From: a virus
Taxonomy: Duplodnaviria; Caudoviricetes
Length of the DNA: 59,962 bases
Strand: one strand, 5' to 3'
IMG/VR virus record: IMGVR_UViG_3300045996_001403
Span: 1-59,962 of that record
In this document: in pieces, positions 1-9,463 of the stretch
Layout of the letters: each line of letters opens with the position of its first letter
Numbering within the stretch: the stretch's first letter is position 1
The notes under the pieces: generated by a model
Database searches by the model: none
Told to the model about the DNA's origin: nothing
What the model saw: only the letters and a program-made list of their open reading frames with translations
Position numbers and translations under genes: made by a program

Positions 1-65
1 CCTCCCTTTTTTCGCTGGTACCACGGGGGCCGTTTTTTGGCGGTAGATGCTTCCGGGAGGCTCTG

Positions 66-572
66 ATGCCTCGGACGAAGAAGGCCGCGGGGCAGGCGGT
101 CGATCGGCGCAACGGCCGGCAGGCGGAACTTCAGGTGGCGGAGGCCACGGCGCTGCCGCCAGTTCCGACGGGGTTGAAGCGGGACGAGTCGGTCGCGCTG
201 TGGTCGGCGTACTGGGGCGACGCGATCGCTGGGCTCGTCCAGCCTGCGGAGATCGCGCTGGTCGAGCGATGGGTGCGCAACGTCGATCGCTACCGCGTGC
301 TCATGGACGTGGCGGACGCGGAGCCGCTGGTCGAGGGCTCGATGGGGCAGATGCGGGCGAACCCCGCGTACGACCTGGCGCTCAAGATCGAGGCGGCGAT
401 CACCCGCGACGAGGCGCAGCTCGGGTACGGCCCGAAGAACCGCGCGGCCCTGGGGATCGCCGTGGTCCAGCAGAAAGCCAGTCTCGCGGATCTGAACGAC
501 CGGTACGGAGGTGGCATGGATGGCAGCCACCACGCCGAAGAGGAAGACCCGAGGCTCTCGCTCGCGGAGTGA
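66..572 (+). CDS. terS: Terminase small subunit (P27-like)
   Basis: First ORF, upstream of terL; 'PLVEGSMGQMRANPAY...DEAQLGYGPKNRAAL' fits the P27-family small terminase pattern. Confidence 0.85.
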   Translation: MPRTKKAAGQAVDRRNGRQAELQVAEATALPPVPTGLKRDESVALWSAYWGDAIAGLVQPAEIALVERWVRNVDRYRVLMDVADAEPLVEGSMGQMRANPAYDLALKIEAAITRDEAQLGYGPKNRAALGIAVVQQKASLADLNDRYGGGMDGSHHAEEEDPRLSLAE

Positions 573-2217
573 GCCGGGTTGCCAGAACTGTGGATGGAAG
601 CCGAAGGCCGGCGCGCTCTGGCCTACCGAAGGGCCGATGGCGGTCCAGTGGATCGAGGACAACCTCGTCTTTGCCGAAGGCGACTGGTACGGCCAGCCGT
701 TCCGTTGCCGTTCGGACCAGAAGCGGTTCCTGTACCGGTGGTACGAGTACTGCGGCGGCTGCGGCCAGTGGCACTACGACGAGGCACTCCGCGGCGCCGC
801 GACGGGCGACGGAAAGACTGCGTTCGTTGCGGCGATCGTCGCCCTGGAGTTCGCGGGTCCGCCGCAACGCAAGGATGCCGACGGCACGGTTCGGGGCATC
901 GCCCCGTCGTCGCCCAACATCCCGATTGCCGCCGCGAGCTTCGAGCAGGCAGACCTGCTCTACGGCGCGTTCGCGCTGATGCTCGGCGGCCGTGACCAGA
1001 TCATGAAGGAAGCCCCGCTGTGCGGCTACTTCGAGGTCTACGACACGGTCACGGAGTTCGGTGACGGCAGGCCCGGCAAGGTCCACCGGGTTGCCGCTGT
1101 CGCAGGCACGAACGAAGGTGGCCTGCCGCACCTGTTCGTGCGCGACGAGCTGCACGAGTGGGGCGATGTCGGGTCGAACAAGGCCCGCGTGGCGACGGTC
1201 ATCGGCAAGTCCACGAAGAAGCGCAAGACGCTGCGTGGTTCCGGCCGGATTCTGTCGCTGTCCACTGCGGGGTTCGACAAGGATCACTCGCTGCTGGGCG
1301 CGATGTACAAGCGCGGCAAGGCGGCGGAGAAAAAGCCGGATCTCGCGCCTCGCTTCCTGTTCGACTGGCAGGAGGCCCCGGACGGTCTCGACTACACCAA
1401 GCGCGAGCACCGGGAGATCGCGGTCAAGGCCGCGTCCGCCGCCGCGGGAAAGCAGTGGTCGATCCCCGACAGGGTGGCGGAGTACGGCAAGCCCGACTGT
1501 CCGCCCCATGAGTGGATTCGCTACTACGCGAACCGCTGGGTTGACATGGTCGAGGAGTCTTGGCTCAAGGACCACCCCGGAGCATGGGGCGCCTGCGAGG
1601 GCGAGTGGGACTCGTCGAACGAGAACCCGTTCGTGCTCGCGGTGGACATGGCGCTCAAGCAAGACTCGGTCGCGGTGGATCGCTGCGAGCTTTTGCCGGA
1701 CGGCAGGATCGCCGTCACCACGAAAGTGTGGCGAGCGCAGGGTACGGCCGATGGTCGGATCAACCATGCCGAGGTGTGGGATTACATCAAGGCGAACGCG
1801 AAAGGGTTGGGGTTCCGCGGCGTCGTCTACGATCCCCGGTTCTTCGAGGTTCCCGCAAGGATGCTGGAGGACGAGGGCATCCTCGCCATCCAGTTCGACC
1901 AGTCCCCGGCGCGCATGACCCCTGCGTGCGGCGAGACGTTCAAGATGATCATCGCCACGCAGATCGTGCACAGCGGCGAGCGGGACTTGACCGACCATGT
2001 TGTCGCCGCGGTGCAACGTCCACAGGAGCGCGGTGGCTTCACCCTGTCCAAGGGGCGCAGCAAGCGCCACATCGACGCGTGTGTGGCCATGTGCATGGGC
2101 GTGTGGGTGCTTCTCGAAGTGCCCGCTCCCGCAGCCCCCTCGCCGGTCACCGTCAACACCGCCGAGGTGTCCACGTCGCACGACATGTTCCGGCCGACCG
2201 AACGACTCAACCTGTAG
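511..2217 (+). CDS. terL: Terminase large subunit
   Basis: Walker A-like 'ATGDGKT', Walker B 'FVRDELHEW', 'LSLSTAG' coupling motif, nuclease motifs 'LAVDMA', 'VVYDP', 'HIDACVA'; exact start uncertain. Confidence 0.93.
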   Translation: MAWMAATTPKRKTRGSRSRSEPGCQNCGWKPKAGALWPTEGPMAVQWIEDNLVFAEGDWYGQPFRCRSDQKRFLYRWYEYCGGCGQWHYDEALRGAATGDGKTAFVAAIVALEFAGPPQRKDADGTVRGIAPSSPNIPIAAASFEQADLLYGAFALMLGGRDQIMKEAPLCGYFEVYDTVTEFGDGRPGKVHRVAAVAGTNEGGLPHLFVRDELHEWGDVGSNKARVATVIGKSTKKRKTLRGSGRILSLSTAGFDKDHSLLGAMYKRGKAAEKKPDLAPRFLFDWQEAPDGLDYTKREHREIAVKAASAAAGKQWSIPDRVAEYGKPDCPPHEWIRYYANRWVDMVEESWLKDHPGAWGACEGEWDSSNENPFVLAVDMALKQDSVAVDRCELLPDGRIAVTTKVWRAQGTADGRINHAEVWDYIKANAKGLGFRGVVYDPRFFEVPARMLEDEGILAIQFDQSPARMTPACGETFKMIIATQIVHSGERDLTDHVVAAVQRPQERGGFTLSKGRSKRHIDACVAMCMGVWVLLEVPAPAAPSPVTVNTAEVSTSHDMFRPTERLNL

Positions 2218-2227
2218 GAGCCCCGCC

Positions 2228-2437
2228 GTGCTCGTGCGCATACCCGCCCCGTCCAGCGCGCTGTTGGCCAATCTGCTCGGGCTGTTCGGCCTAATCGGCA
2301 TCGCCGTGTCCGTTGGCGGACTCACCGGCAACTGGTGGTGGTCAGCCCTGGCCGGCTCCGCTTTCGCCGTCGGTTTGTCGGTCATCGCCTTCACCCACAC
2401 CGCGGTGGAACCACCTCACCCCCCGGCTCGTACCTGA
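2228..2437 (+). CDS. Small membrane protein between terL and portal
   Basis: RBS AGGAG then GTG; two hydrophobic segments. Confidence 0.7.
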   Translation: MLVRIPAPSSALLANLLGLFGLIGIAVSVGGLTGNWWWSALAGSAFAVGLSVIAFTHTAVEPPHPPART

Positions 2438-2469
2438 ACCTGACGTACCCGATCGGATGGGGGTGACCC

Positions 2470-3909
2470 GTGCGATCGTGGCTCGTCCCCGCCCGCAGGG
2501 CGACCGAAGCATCACCGGCTCAAGTCGCGGCTACCGGCGCGGCGGGTGGCACGTGGGGTGGCGACCCGATCGACCCGGGTGAGGCCGGTTGGCGCCCGGC
2601 GGGAACCTCGGGCCGCGAGGTTCCGCCGTGGACACAGGAGAAGTCGCGCATCTACAGCGTGGCGGCCTACCGGTCCAACCCGATGGCACGAGCCATCATC
2701 GACACCTACACCTCGTTCTGCGTCGGGGACACCGGTGTCACCTACGAGGTGCGCAACCCGAAGGTGCGCGAGGTGGTCGACGAGTTCTGGACTGACCCCC
2801 GCAACAACCTCAAGGCCATCCAGGCGCCGCTGATGCGGGATCAGTTGCTGGTGGGCGAGACCCTACTGGAGATGATGGTCGGCCCCCGGTCGGGCGCCAC
2901 GCGGTTCTCCCCGGTGGATACAGCGCTGATCAAGGACGTCAGGCTTCTGCACGGCAATCCACTGTGGCCGGACAGGGTGGTGTTCAACGCCCCGTTCGAG
3001 ATCGAGGTGTCCTCCCGCGTGGTGGCGGTGGACGACTCCACCGGCCTGCGCGATGGCGAGGTGATGTTCTGGGCCCCGTTTAAGAGTCTGATCACCGACA
3101 GACGGGGGATGCCGTTCCTCGCCCCCGTGCTGGACTGGCTCGACTCCTACGACACCGTGTTGTCCAACCTGATCGACCGCACCGCACTGGCCCGATACCT
3201 GGTCTGGGACGTCACGGTCGAGGGCGGACAGGAAGAGGTCGACGCATTCGTCAAACAGCGCGGCGGTGTCCACGTGCCGCGCTCCGGCTCGATCGAGGTG
3301 CACAACCAGTCGGTGTCGTGGGAGGCCAAGCACGTCCAGACCGGCGCCTATGAGGACTCCGCTGCGGCGAAGTCTGTGTTGACCCTGGTGGCCGGCGGGT
3401 CAGGGCTGGCGAAGACGTGGCTTGCCGATCCCGAGGACGCCAACCGCGCCACCTCGCTGACGATGGCCGAACCCGTCCGTCGTCGCGTGCAGGGCGTGCA
3501 GGACACGTGGCTGGGATACCAGGCGGAGCTGACCCGCTTCGCCATCGATCGTGCCGTGGCCGCGAAGCGTCTTCAGGCCAAGGTCGAGGCGACCGACCCG
3601 CGCACCGGGGCGAAGTACGAGATTCCCGCGAGCCAGGCGGTCACGATCTCCGGTCCCGAGGTCGCCGCGGCCGACGCGCAGATCACCGCCCAGGTGCTGC
3701 TGAATCTCTCCACTGGCCTGGAGAAGCTGAAGACGATCGGAGCCCTCACGCCTGACGCCGCCGCCGTTGCGGCGCGCAAGGCGTGGGAGGACTACATGGG
3801 GGTTCCCTACTCCGCGGACCTCGGCAAGCCCGATGCAGACCCGGACGACATCGCAACCGCCGTGGACGACGCGGAGAGCACGCGCCTGCGGTCGGTCAAG
3901 AACCCCTGA
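2470..3909 (+). CDS. Portal protein
   Basis: 479 aa, follows terL; 'YRSNPMARAIIDTYTSFCVG', 'RRGMPFLAPVLDWL' portal-like motifs. Confidence 0.85.
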   Translation: MRSWLVPARRATEASPAQVAATGAAGGTWGGDPIDPGEAGWRPAGTSGREVPPWTQEKSRIYSVAAYRSNPMARAIIDTYTSFCVGDTGVTYEVRNPKVREVVDEFWTDPRNNLKAIQAPLMRDQLLVGETLLEMMVGPRSGATRFSPVDTALIKDVRLLHGNPLWPDRVVFNAPFEIEVSSRVVAVDDSTGLRDGEVMFWAPFKSLITDRRGMPFLAPVLDWLDSYDTVLSNLIDRTALARYLVWDVTVEGGQEEVDAFVKQRGGVHVPRSGSIEVHNQSVSWEAKHVQTGAYEDSAAAKSVLTLVAGGSGLAKTWLADPEDANRATSLTMAEPVRRRVQGVQDTWLGYQAELTRFAIDRAVAAKRLQAKVEATDPRTGAKYEIPASQAVTISGPEVAAADAQITAQVLLNLSTGLEKLKTIGALTPDAAAVAARKAWEDYMGVPYSADLGKPDADPDDIATAVDDAESTRLRSVKNP

Positions 3910-3921
3910 CCTGGAGGACTC

Positions 3922-4371
3922 ATGGAACGCGCCGATGTCGCGCGCCTGCTCAACGTGGCGGAAGCCGACGTGTGCCACTACACCGAGACCGACGAGTCCG
4001 TGTCGGTGATGCTGATCGGTGACGTGGCGAGGCTGTGGACCCCCGACGGGGTGTTCGCGGTCAACGACTGCCCGGCCAACCGTCAGCTCCGTCCCATCCC
4101 GGACGAGTGGAGGGCGCGCGGCGGAACCGTCACCCCGCAGCTCGTCATCGTGGGCGAGACCGGCCCGGAGATCGTGGACCTCCCCGCGGGGGAGGTGGTC
4201 ACCGTGTCGCCGCCCCCGGTCGACGAGGTTCCCGACGGCACGGCGGAGCAGGTGCTCGCCTGGGTCGACGGCGACCCCGACCGTGCCGCGCGGGCGATCG
4301 ACGCGGAGCAGTCACGCGACAAGCCCCGCTCGGTGCTGCTGGCCAACCTGAGGAAGGTGGCCGGCTCGTGA
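3922..4371 (+). CDS. Hypothetical head-region protein
   Basis: RBS GGAGG; C-terminal 'VPDGTAEQVLAWVDGDPDRA..A..AE...KPR..LL' motif recognised from actinophage head modules. Confidence 0.65.
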   Translation: MERADVARLLNVAEADVCHYTETDESVSVMLIGDVARLWTPDGVFAVNDCPANRQLRPIPDEWRARGGTVTPQLVIVGETGPEIVDLPAGEVVTVSPPPVDEVPDGTAEQVLAWVDGDPDRAARAIDAEQSRDKPRSVLLANLRKVAGS

Positions 4372-7064
4372 CCGACGTACGCCCACTCTGCGGGGACCCG
4401 ACCTGCGGGCCGTGTGCCGAGAAGCGCATGACCGACGCCTACGCCGCAGTCGTGGGCGATACCGACCCCTGCCCCGATTGCGGGCATGTCTGCCGACAGG
4501 AGGCAGCGGTGCGCGTCACCGAAACCACCGAGGCCGCGGCGAAGCCGGACGTCGAATACGCCGACCCCGGCCTCCAGGAGGACGGCAAGCCCCGACTGCC
4601 GCTCAACAACGAGGCCCGGGTGCGCAAGGCGTGGGACTGGATCAACCAGGCCCGCAACGCCACGCACTACAGCCCGGCCGACTGGAAGAAGATTAAGGCC
4701 CGCGTCAAGGCCGCGATGAAGCGACTCGACATCGCGGTGTCGGAGAACTCCACAGAGGCGGTCATCAACGGCCAGCGTTCGTGGGACGAACTGCGGGATC
4801 TGGTCCGCCGGGCCATCCGCGCCCGCATCGAGGCCGGAACCAACGGCTACTGCTGGGTGTACATCGTCGACATCTCCGACACCGACGTGGTGTTCACCGC
4901 AGACGACGACACCCTGTGGCAGGCGCCCTGGTCCATCGACGGCGACACGGTGGCCGTGGACGAGCCGGTGCAGGTGGTGCGCACCTACGCCCCGGTAGAG
5001 GCCGATGACGAGTCCGAGGGTGCCGCCACCGAGTCCGAGGAGCGCGCCCGCGTCGACATCGACGGGGCCCGCATCCTCGAAGCCAAAGGTGAGGCATCCG
5101 ACGGCGGTCGGATCTTCCGGGTGCAGATCATCGCCTACGGCGACAGCAAAAACGGCAGGCGCTACCCGGAGTCGGTAATGCGCGCCGCAGCCTCCCTCTA
5201 CGAGGGGGCGAAGGCGTTCGACCACCACCGCACCGCCGAGGAGATGTCCACCGGCACCATTCAGGGACTGATCGGCTACTACCGCAACGCCTCCGCAGGC
5301 GCCAATGGAGTGGAGGCCGATCTCCACCTGCTCCCCTCCGCGACCCAGGCGGCCGAAGCGCTCGACGCCGCCCTGTCCCAGGAGAGCGCGGAACCGCTCG
5401 TGGGGATCTCCCACGACGTCTACGCGAAGTTCCGGTCGATCCAGGAGAGCGGCCGATCCATCCAGGAGGCGACCGAGATCACCTCGGTCAACTCCGCCGA
5501 CGTCGTCTCCCACCCCGCCGCCGGCGGCAAGGCCACCCGCGTGGTGGCGGGAGGCATCGACACCCCCCAGGACAGGGCGTCCGAGGGGCAGAGCACGAAG
5601 GAGACCGACGTGGCCCTCAGCCGCGAAGATGTGCTCGCCGCGTTCAAGGAGGCGACGGCGGAGGAACTCGCCGCCGTCGGCCTGACCCGGGCGGGCACCC
5701 CCACCATCGAGGCCACCGAGACGGCGAAGCCGGAGCAGGTGACCGAGACCACCGTGGCGAAGGCCTCGATCCTGGGCCGCCTGACCATCAAGGCCAAGGT
5801 CGAGGACGCCCAGCTCCCCGCCGCGGCGATCGAGTCCATCACCACCATGCTGCCCGACCGGATCAGCGAGTCCGACGTGGACACGCAGATCGGCATCTAC
5901 AAGGGCGCGCTGACGGGCCTGGAGCGCGCAGGCCTGGTGCCGCAGCTCGCCAAGGTCGAGGTGACCCAGGAGGCGCACGACAAGAAGGTCACTGCGCTCG
6001 ACGCCTTCTTCGCCGGGGACTACTCCAAGGGCTACCCCTCGTTCCGCGAGGCGTTCATGGACTTCACCGGCCGCGCCCCGCGGTCGCTTGACGGCGACTT
6101 CAACCGGGTCATCGTCTCCGAGTCGATCCGACCCTACGACTCCGGCGTGCGCGCCCACGAGTCGCTCGACACCGGCTCCTGGGCGCAGGCCCTGGGCGAC
6201 TCGATCACCCGGCGCATGGTCGCGCTGTACGGTCAGCCGGGCCTGCAGTCCTGGCGGTCGATCGTCTCCAGCACCGTGCCGGTGAACGACTTCCGCACCC
6301 AGCGCATCCAGCGCGTCGGCGGCCACGGCCTGCTGCCCACCGTCAACCAGGGCGCCCCCTACCAGCCCCTCACCTCGCCCGGGAACGAGGAGGTGACCTA
6401 CGCGCTGGCCAAGAAGGGCGGCACGGAGGACATCACGCTGGAGATGATCGCCAACGACGACGTGCGCGCCATCCAGCAGATCCCCGCGAAGCTCGGCCTC
6501 GCGGCGGCGCAGACGCTGTTCCGGTTCGTCTGGGACTTCTTCGACACCAACGCCACGATCTACGACGGCAAGGCGTTGTTTCACGCCGACCACGCCAACG
6601 CCGGCAGCACCGCGCTGTCGCAGTCGGCGCTGACCGCGGCCCGTGCGGCGATGCGCAGCCAGGCCGCCTACGGCGACTCCAGCAACATCCTGTCGCTGGT
6701 GCCGAAGAAGCTGATCGTGGTCAACGACCTGGAGGAGCTGGCGTTCCAGCTCTCCACCTCCGCGGTCGCGGTGCCCTCGACCCCGGCCGGGCCGTCGGAC
6801 ACCCCGAACATCCACAAGAACATGGAGACCATCGTCGTCGACTACTGGGCCTCCACCACCAAGTGGCTGCTCGTGGCCGACCCGGCGCTGTGCCCGACGT
6901 TCGAGCTGGGCTTCTACCGCGGCCAGGAGCTGCCGGAGCTGTTCACCCAGTCCGACCCGAACACCGGTTCCACGTTCAACGCCGACAAGGTCACCTACAA
7001 GGTGCGCCACATCTACTCCGGCGCGGTGCTGGACTACCGCGGCTTCTACCGCGGCAACAGCTGA
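4368..7064 (+). CDS. Fused prohead protease/scaffold/major capsid protein (Mu gpT-like capsid domain)
   Basis: GTGA overlap with the previous stop; protease-like 'SKNGRRYPE..AFDHH..VGISH..SADVVSHPAAGG'; capsid 'VNDFRTQ..EMIANDD..AIQQIPAKLG'. Confidence 0.88.
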   Translation: MTDVRPLCGDPTCGPCAEKRMTDAYAAVVGDTDPCPDCGHVCRQEAAVRVTETTEAAAKPDVEYADPGLQEDGKPRLPLNNEARVRKAWDWINQARNATHYSPADWKKIKARVKAAMKRLDIAVSENSTEAVINGQRSWDELRDLVRRAIRARIEAGTNGYCWVYIVDISDTDVVFTADDDTLWQAPWSIDGDTVAVDEPVQVVRTYAPVEADDESEGAATESEERARVDIDGARILEAKGEASDGGRIFRVQIIAYGDSKNGRRYPESVMRAAASLYEGAKAFDHHRTAEEMSTGTIQGLIGYYRNASAGANGVEADLHLLPSATQAAEALDAALSQESAEPLVGISHDVYAKFRSIQESGRSIQEATEITSVNSADVVSHPAAGGKATRVVAGGIDTPQDRASEGQSTKETDVALSREDVLAAFKEATAEELAAVGLTRAGTPTIEATETAKPEQVTETTVAKASILGRLTIKAKVEDAQLPAAAIESITTMLPDRISESDVDTQIGIYKGALTGLERAGLVPQLAKVEVTQEAHDKKVTALDAFFAGDYSKGYPSFREAFMDFTGRAPRSLDGDFNRVIVSESIRPYDSGVRAHESLDTGSWAQALGDSITRRMVALYGQPGLQSWRSIVSSTVPVNDFRTQRIQRVGGHGLLPTVNQGAPYQPLTSPGNEEVTYALAKKGGTEDITLEMIANDDVRAIQQIPAKLGLAAAQTLFRFVWDFFDTNATIYDGKALFHADHANAGSTALSQSALTAARAAMRSQAAYGDSSNILSLVPKKLIVVNDLEELAFQLSTSAVAVPSTPAGPSDTPNIHKNMETIVVDYWASTTKWLLVADPALCPTFELGFYRGQELPELFTQSDPNTGSTFNADKVTYKVRHIYSGAVLDYRGFYRGNS

Positions 7065-7124
7065 TCGGTCGTCGCGCCCCCGCTGCCCGGCGGGGGTGCC
7101 CCTCTCCAACTCGCAGGAGTCTCA

Positions 7125-7538
7125 GTGTCAATCCAGGACAAGGAGCTGCGCGGCGACCGGGTCTTCGTCGTCCCGGTGGCCGGCCAGAGCACGGCCGGCA
7201 CCGCCGACGAGTTCACCGCCTTCGTGGCCCCGTTCGCCTGCAAGGTCGTCGCCGTGAAGTGGGTGCCCACCGCGGGCATCACCGCCAACGGCAGCAACTA
7301 CTTCACCCTCACCCTGCGCAACAGGGGCGCGGCCGGCTCCGGCACCGCCCTGCCCGCGCAGCGGGCCTACTCCTCGGGCAACGCGACGGCGTTCGTTGCC
7401 GAGTCGGCCACCCTGTCGGCCACGGCCGCGGACCTCAACGTCGCCGCCGGCGACGTGCTGACCGTCGAGAAGCTCGTCACCGGCACCGGCCTGGCCATGC
7501 CCGACGGCACCATCCAGGTCCACGTTCAGGCGCGCTGA
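7125..7538 (+). CDS. Putative capsid decoration protein
   Basis: Small beta-rich Ala/Thr/Gly protein directly after the capsid gene. Confidence 0.55.
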   Translation: MSIQDKELRGDRVFVVPVAGQSTAGTADEFTAFVAPFACKVVAVKWVPTAGITANGSNYFTLTLRNRGAAGSGTALPAQRAYSSGNATAFVAESATLSATAADLNVAAGDVLTVEKLVTGTGLAMPDGTIQVHVQAR

Positions 7539-7813
7539 TGACGGCGCAGGCGACCCCGGTCAACGTCACCGGAACCGGCACCGTCTACGGCACGCCCTGC
7601 ACCTACCGGGGCCTGTCGATCCGTGACACCAGCGGCTCGACGAACACGGTCACCCTCTACGACAACACGTCGGCGGCGGGGACCGTGATCGGCTCGTTCC
7701 AGCTCGCGGCCAACGCCTCCGCGCTAGACAACATCGCAGACGGCGTGCGCTGCGCCAACGGCATCCACCTCGCCTCCACCGGGGCGATCGTCGGCAGCGT
7801 CCGCATCGGCTGA
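7538..7813 (+). CDS. Small virion structural protein (hypothetical)
   Basis: TGATG coupling; beta-rich 91 aa. Confidence 0.6.
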   Translation: MTAQATPVNVTGTGTVYGTPCTYRGLSIRDTSGSTNTVTLYDNTSAAGTVIGSFQLAANASALDNIADGVRCANGIHLASTGAIVGSVRIG

Positions 7814-7825
7814 CAGGGAGGTCCC

Positions 7826-8791
7826 GTGGCGTACACCCGCGTAGCCAAGACCGCGGCGGCCACACTCACCCACGTGTTCACTGTGGACGAGACGCCAACC
7901 GACTCGACCACGACCGTGACCGTGACCATCGTGGACGCCAACGGGACCTCCGTCGCCAGCGGGAACGCGACATCGGCCGGGGCGGGGACGGGTGGCTACA
8001 CCTATACCCTGCCCGGCCAGTCGCACACCAACATCCTCACCGTGTCCTGGACCGCCACCATCAACGGCGCCACCGTGGTGGAACAGGACACGGTGGAGAT
8101 CGTCGGGGGCTTCTTCTTCAGCCTCGTGGAGGGTCGTGCGTCGGACTCGTCGCTCAACGACACCGGCAAGTACCCCACCGCCCGACTCGCCCTCGCCCGA
8201 CTGGAAACCGAAGTCGAGTGCGAGGAAATCTGCGACCGGGCGTTCACCCCCCGGTACGCCCGGGTAGTGCTCGACGGGTCCGGGACGGACGAGCTGATGC
8301 TCACCGGACACAGCGACCTGCGCTCCATCCGGTCGGTCAAGGTGGCGCCCCGCGTGGGGGAGACGTTCGTCGCGTACACCTCCGCGGAACTCGCCGCACT
8401 CACCATCACCCCCGACCGGGTGTTGCAGCGCACGGACCGGAACGTCTTCACCGAGGGCCGCGGCAACGTGGTGGTCGAGTACGAGTACGGCCTCGACCAC
8501 CCCCCGTCGGACCTGCGCCGCGCGGCGTTCGTGCGGTTCAAGAACTTCGCCACCGTCGAACGCTCCAGCATCCCCGACCGCGCCCTGTCGTGGACCAGCT
8601 CGGACGGCACCACCTACCGCATGAGCATCCCCGACGCCTACCGCACCGGCATCCCCTACGTGGATGGCATCTACGGGCGCTACTCCCTGCGGGCCAACGC
8701 AGGCACCGAAGACGGCAAGGCGGGTCCCGCGTCGCGGCAGCTCAGCTACGACCCCCAGCACCACACCCTGTTCCACGGCGGGAGGCGCTGA
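7826..8791 (+). CDS. Head-to-tail adaptor with N-terminal Ig-like extension
   Basis: Position; 'VEYEYGLDHPPSDLRRAA' and 'TGIPYVDGIYGRY' connector-like motifs. Confidence 0.7.
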   Translation: MAYTRVAKTAAATLTHVFTVDETPTDSTTTVTVTIVDANGTSVASGNATSAGAGTGGYTYTLPGQSHTNILTVSWTATINGATVVEQDTVEIVGGFFFSLVEGRASDSSLNDTGKYPTARLALARLETEVECEEICDRAFTPRYARVVLDGSGTDELMLTGHSDLRSIRSVKVAPRVGETFVAYTSAELAALTITPDRVLQRTDRNVFTEGRGNVVVEYEYGLDHPPSDLRRAAFVRFKNFATVERSSIPDRALSWTSSDGTTYRMSIPDAYRTGIPYVDGIYGRYSLRANAGTEDGKAGPASRQLSYDPQHHTLFHGGRR

Positions 8792-9234
8792 TGGCCGGCA
8801 CCGTCGCGGTCGCGGTGAAGAAGGCCATCATCGACGGTGCCGCGGCCCGCTTCGCGGACACCGACGTCAAGACCTCCTACCACTACCCCGGGGACGATCC
8901 GCAGCGGGAACTCATCCACGGCGACAGCGTCTCCGGGGACCAGGGCTATCCGCTCATGCGCGGCACCGGCCGATGGCCCCGGGACGAGACGCTTTCGGTG
9001 CGGATCTGCATCGTCGTCACGAAGCCCGGCGCCGACCCGTACGACTGTGAACTCCGCGCCGTCGAGATCGGACAAGAGCTGGAGGAGTTCATTGCCGACG
9101 ACCCCGGCATCGCAGGGCTCGACGGGCTGATCTCCATCGGCGTGTCGAACATCGATCTCGACTCGGCGTACGACGACGACCAGGCCGTAGCGGTGCTGGT
9201 CTACGACTTCGCCGTCAAGGCCCGCATCCGCTGA
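8791..9234 (+). CDS. Neck/tail terminator-like protein
   Basis: TGATG coupling, 147 aa, upstream of major tail gene. Confidence 0.55.
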   Translation: MAGTVAVAVKKAIIDGAAARFADTDVKTSYHYPGDDPQRELIHGDSVSGDQGYPLMRGTGRWPRDETLSVRICIVVTKPGADPYDCELRAVEIGQELEEFIADDPGIAGLDGLISIGVSNIDLDSAYDDDQAVAVLVYDFAVKARIR

Positions 9235-9291
9235 CCCCACCCCACCCCCAGCCCGCGCACCGCGGGCTCTTCGTCATGCCCAGGAGTCTCT

Positions 9292-9462
9292 GTGCGCGTC
9301 ACCTACACCGGCCCGATCGACGCGGTCGAGCTGCCCCAGACCGGCGCCGTGGTGAAGCGCGGCGAGTCGGTCGACGTCCCCGACGACCTCGGGAAGTCCC
9401 TCATCCAGCAGTCCTGCTGGGAGCCCGCGAAGCCCGCCAAGACGCCCGCGAAGGAGAACTGA
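9292..9462 (+). CDS. Small hypothetical protein (56 aa)
   Basis: RBS AGGAG, GTG start, reads VRVTYTGPIDAVELP...KEN; below the ORF-track cutoff. Confidence 0.6.
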   Translation: MRVTYTGPIDAVELPQTGAVVKRGESVDVPDDLGKSLIQQSCWEPAKPAKTPAKEN

Positions 9463-9463
9463 C

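Noticed and set aside
1-65. Exact cos overhang sequence
   Set aside because: The position between HNH and terS is suggestive, but termini cannot be defined without read data.
4083-7109. 1008-aa minus-strand ORF and other long antisense ORFs (400-2400, 55185-57638, plus-strand 26185-27726)
   Set aside because: Shadows of high-GC3 genes on the opposite strand; no motifs or RBS.
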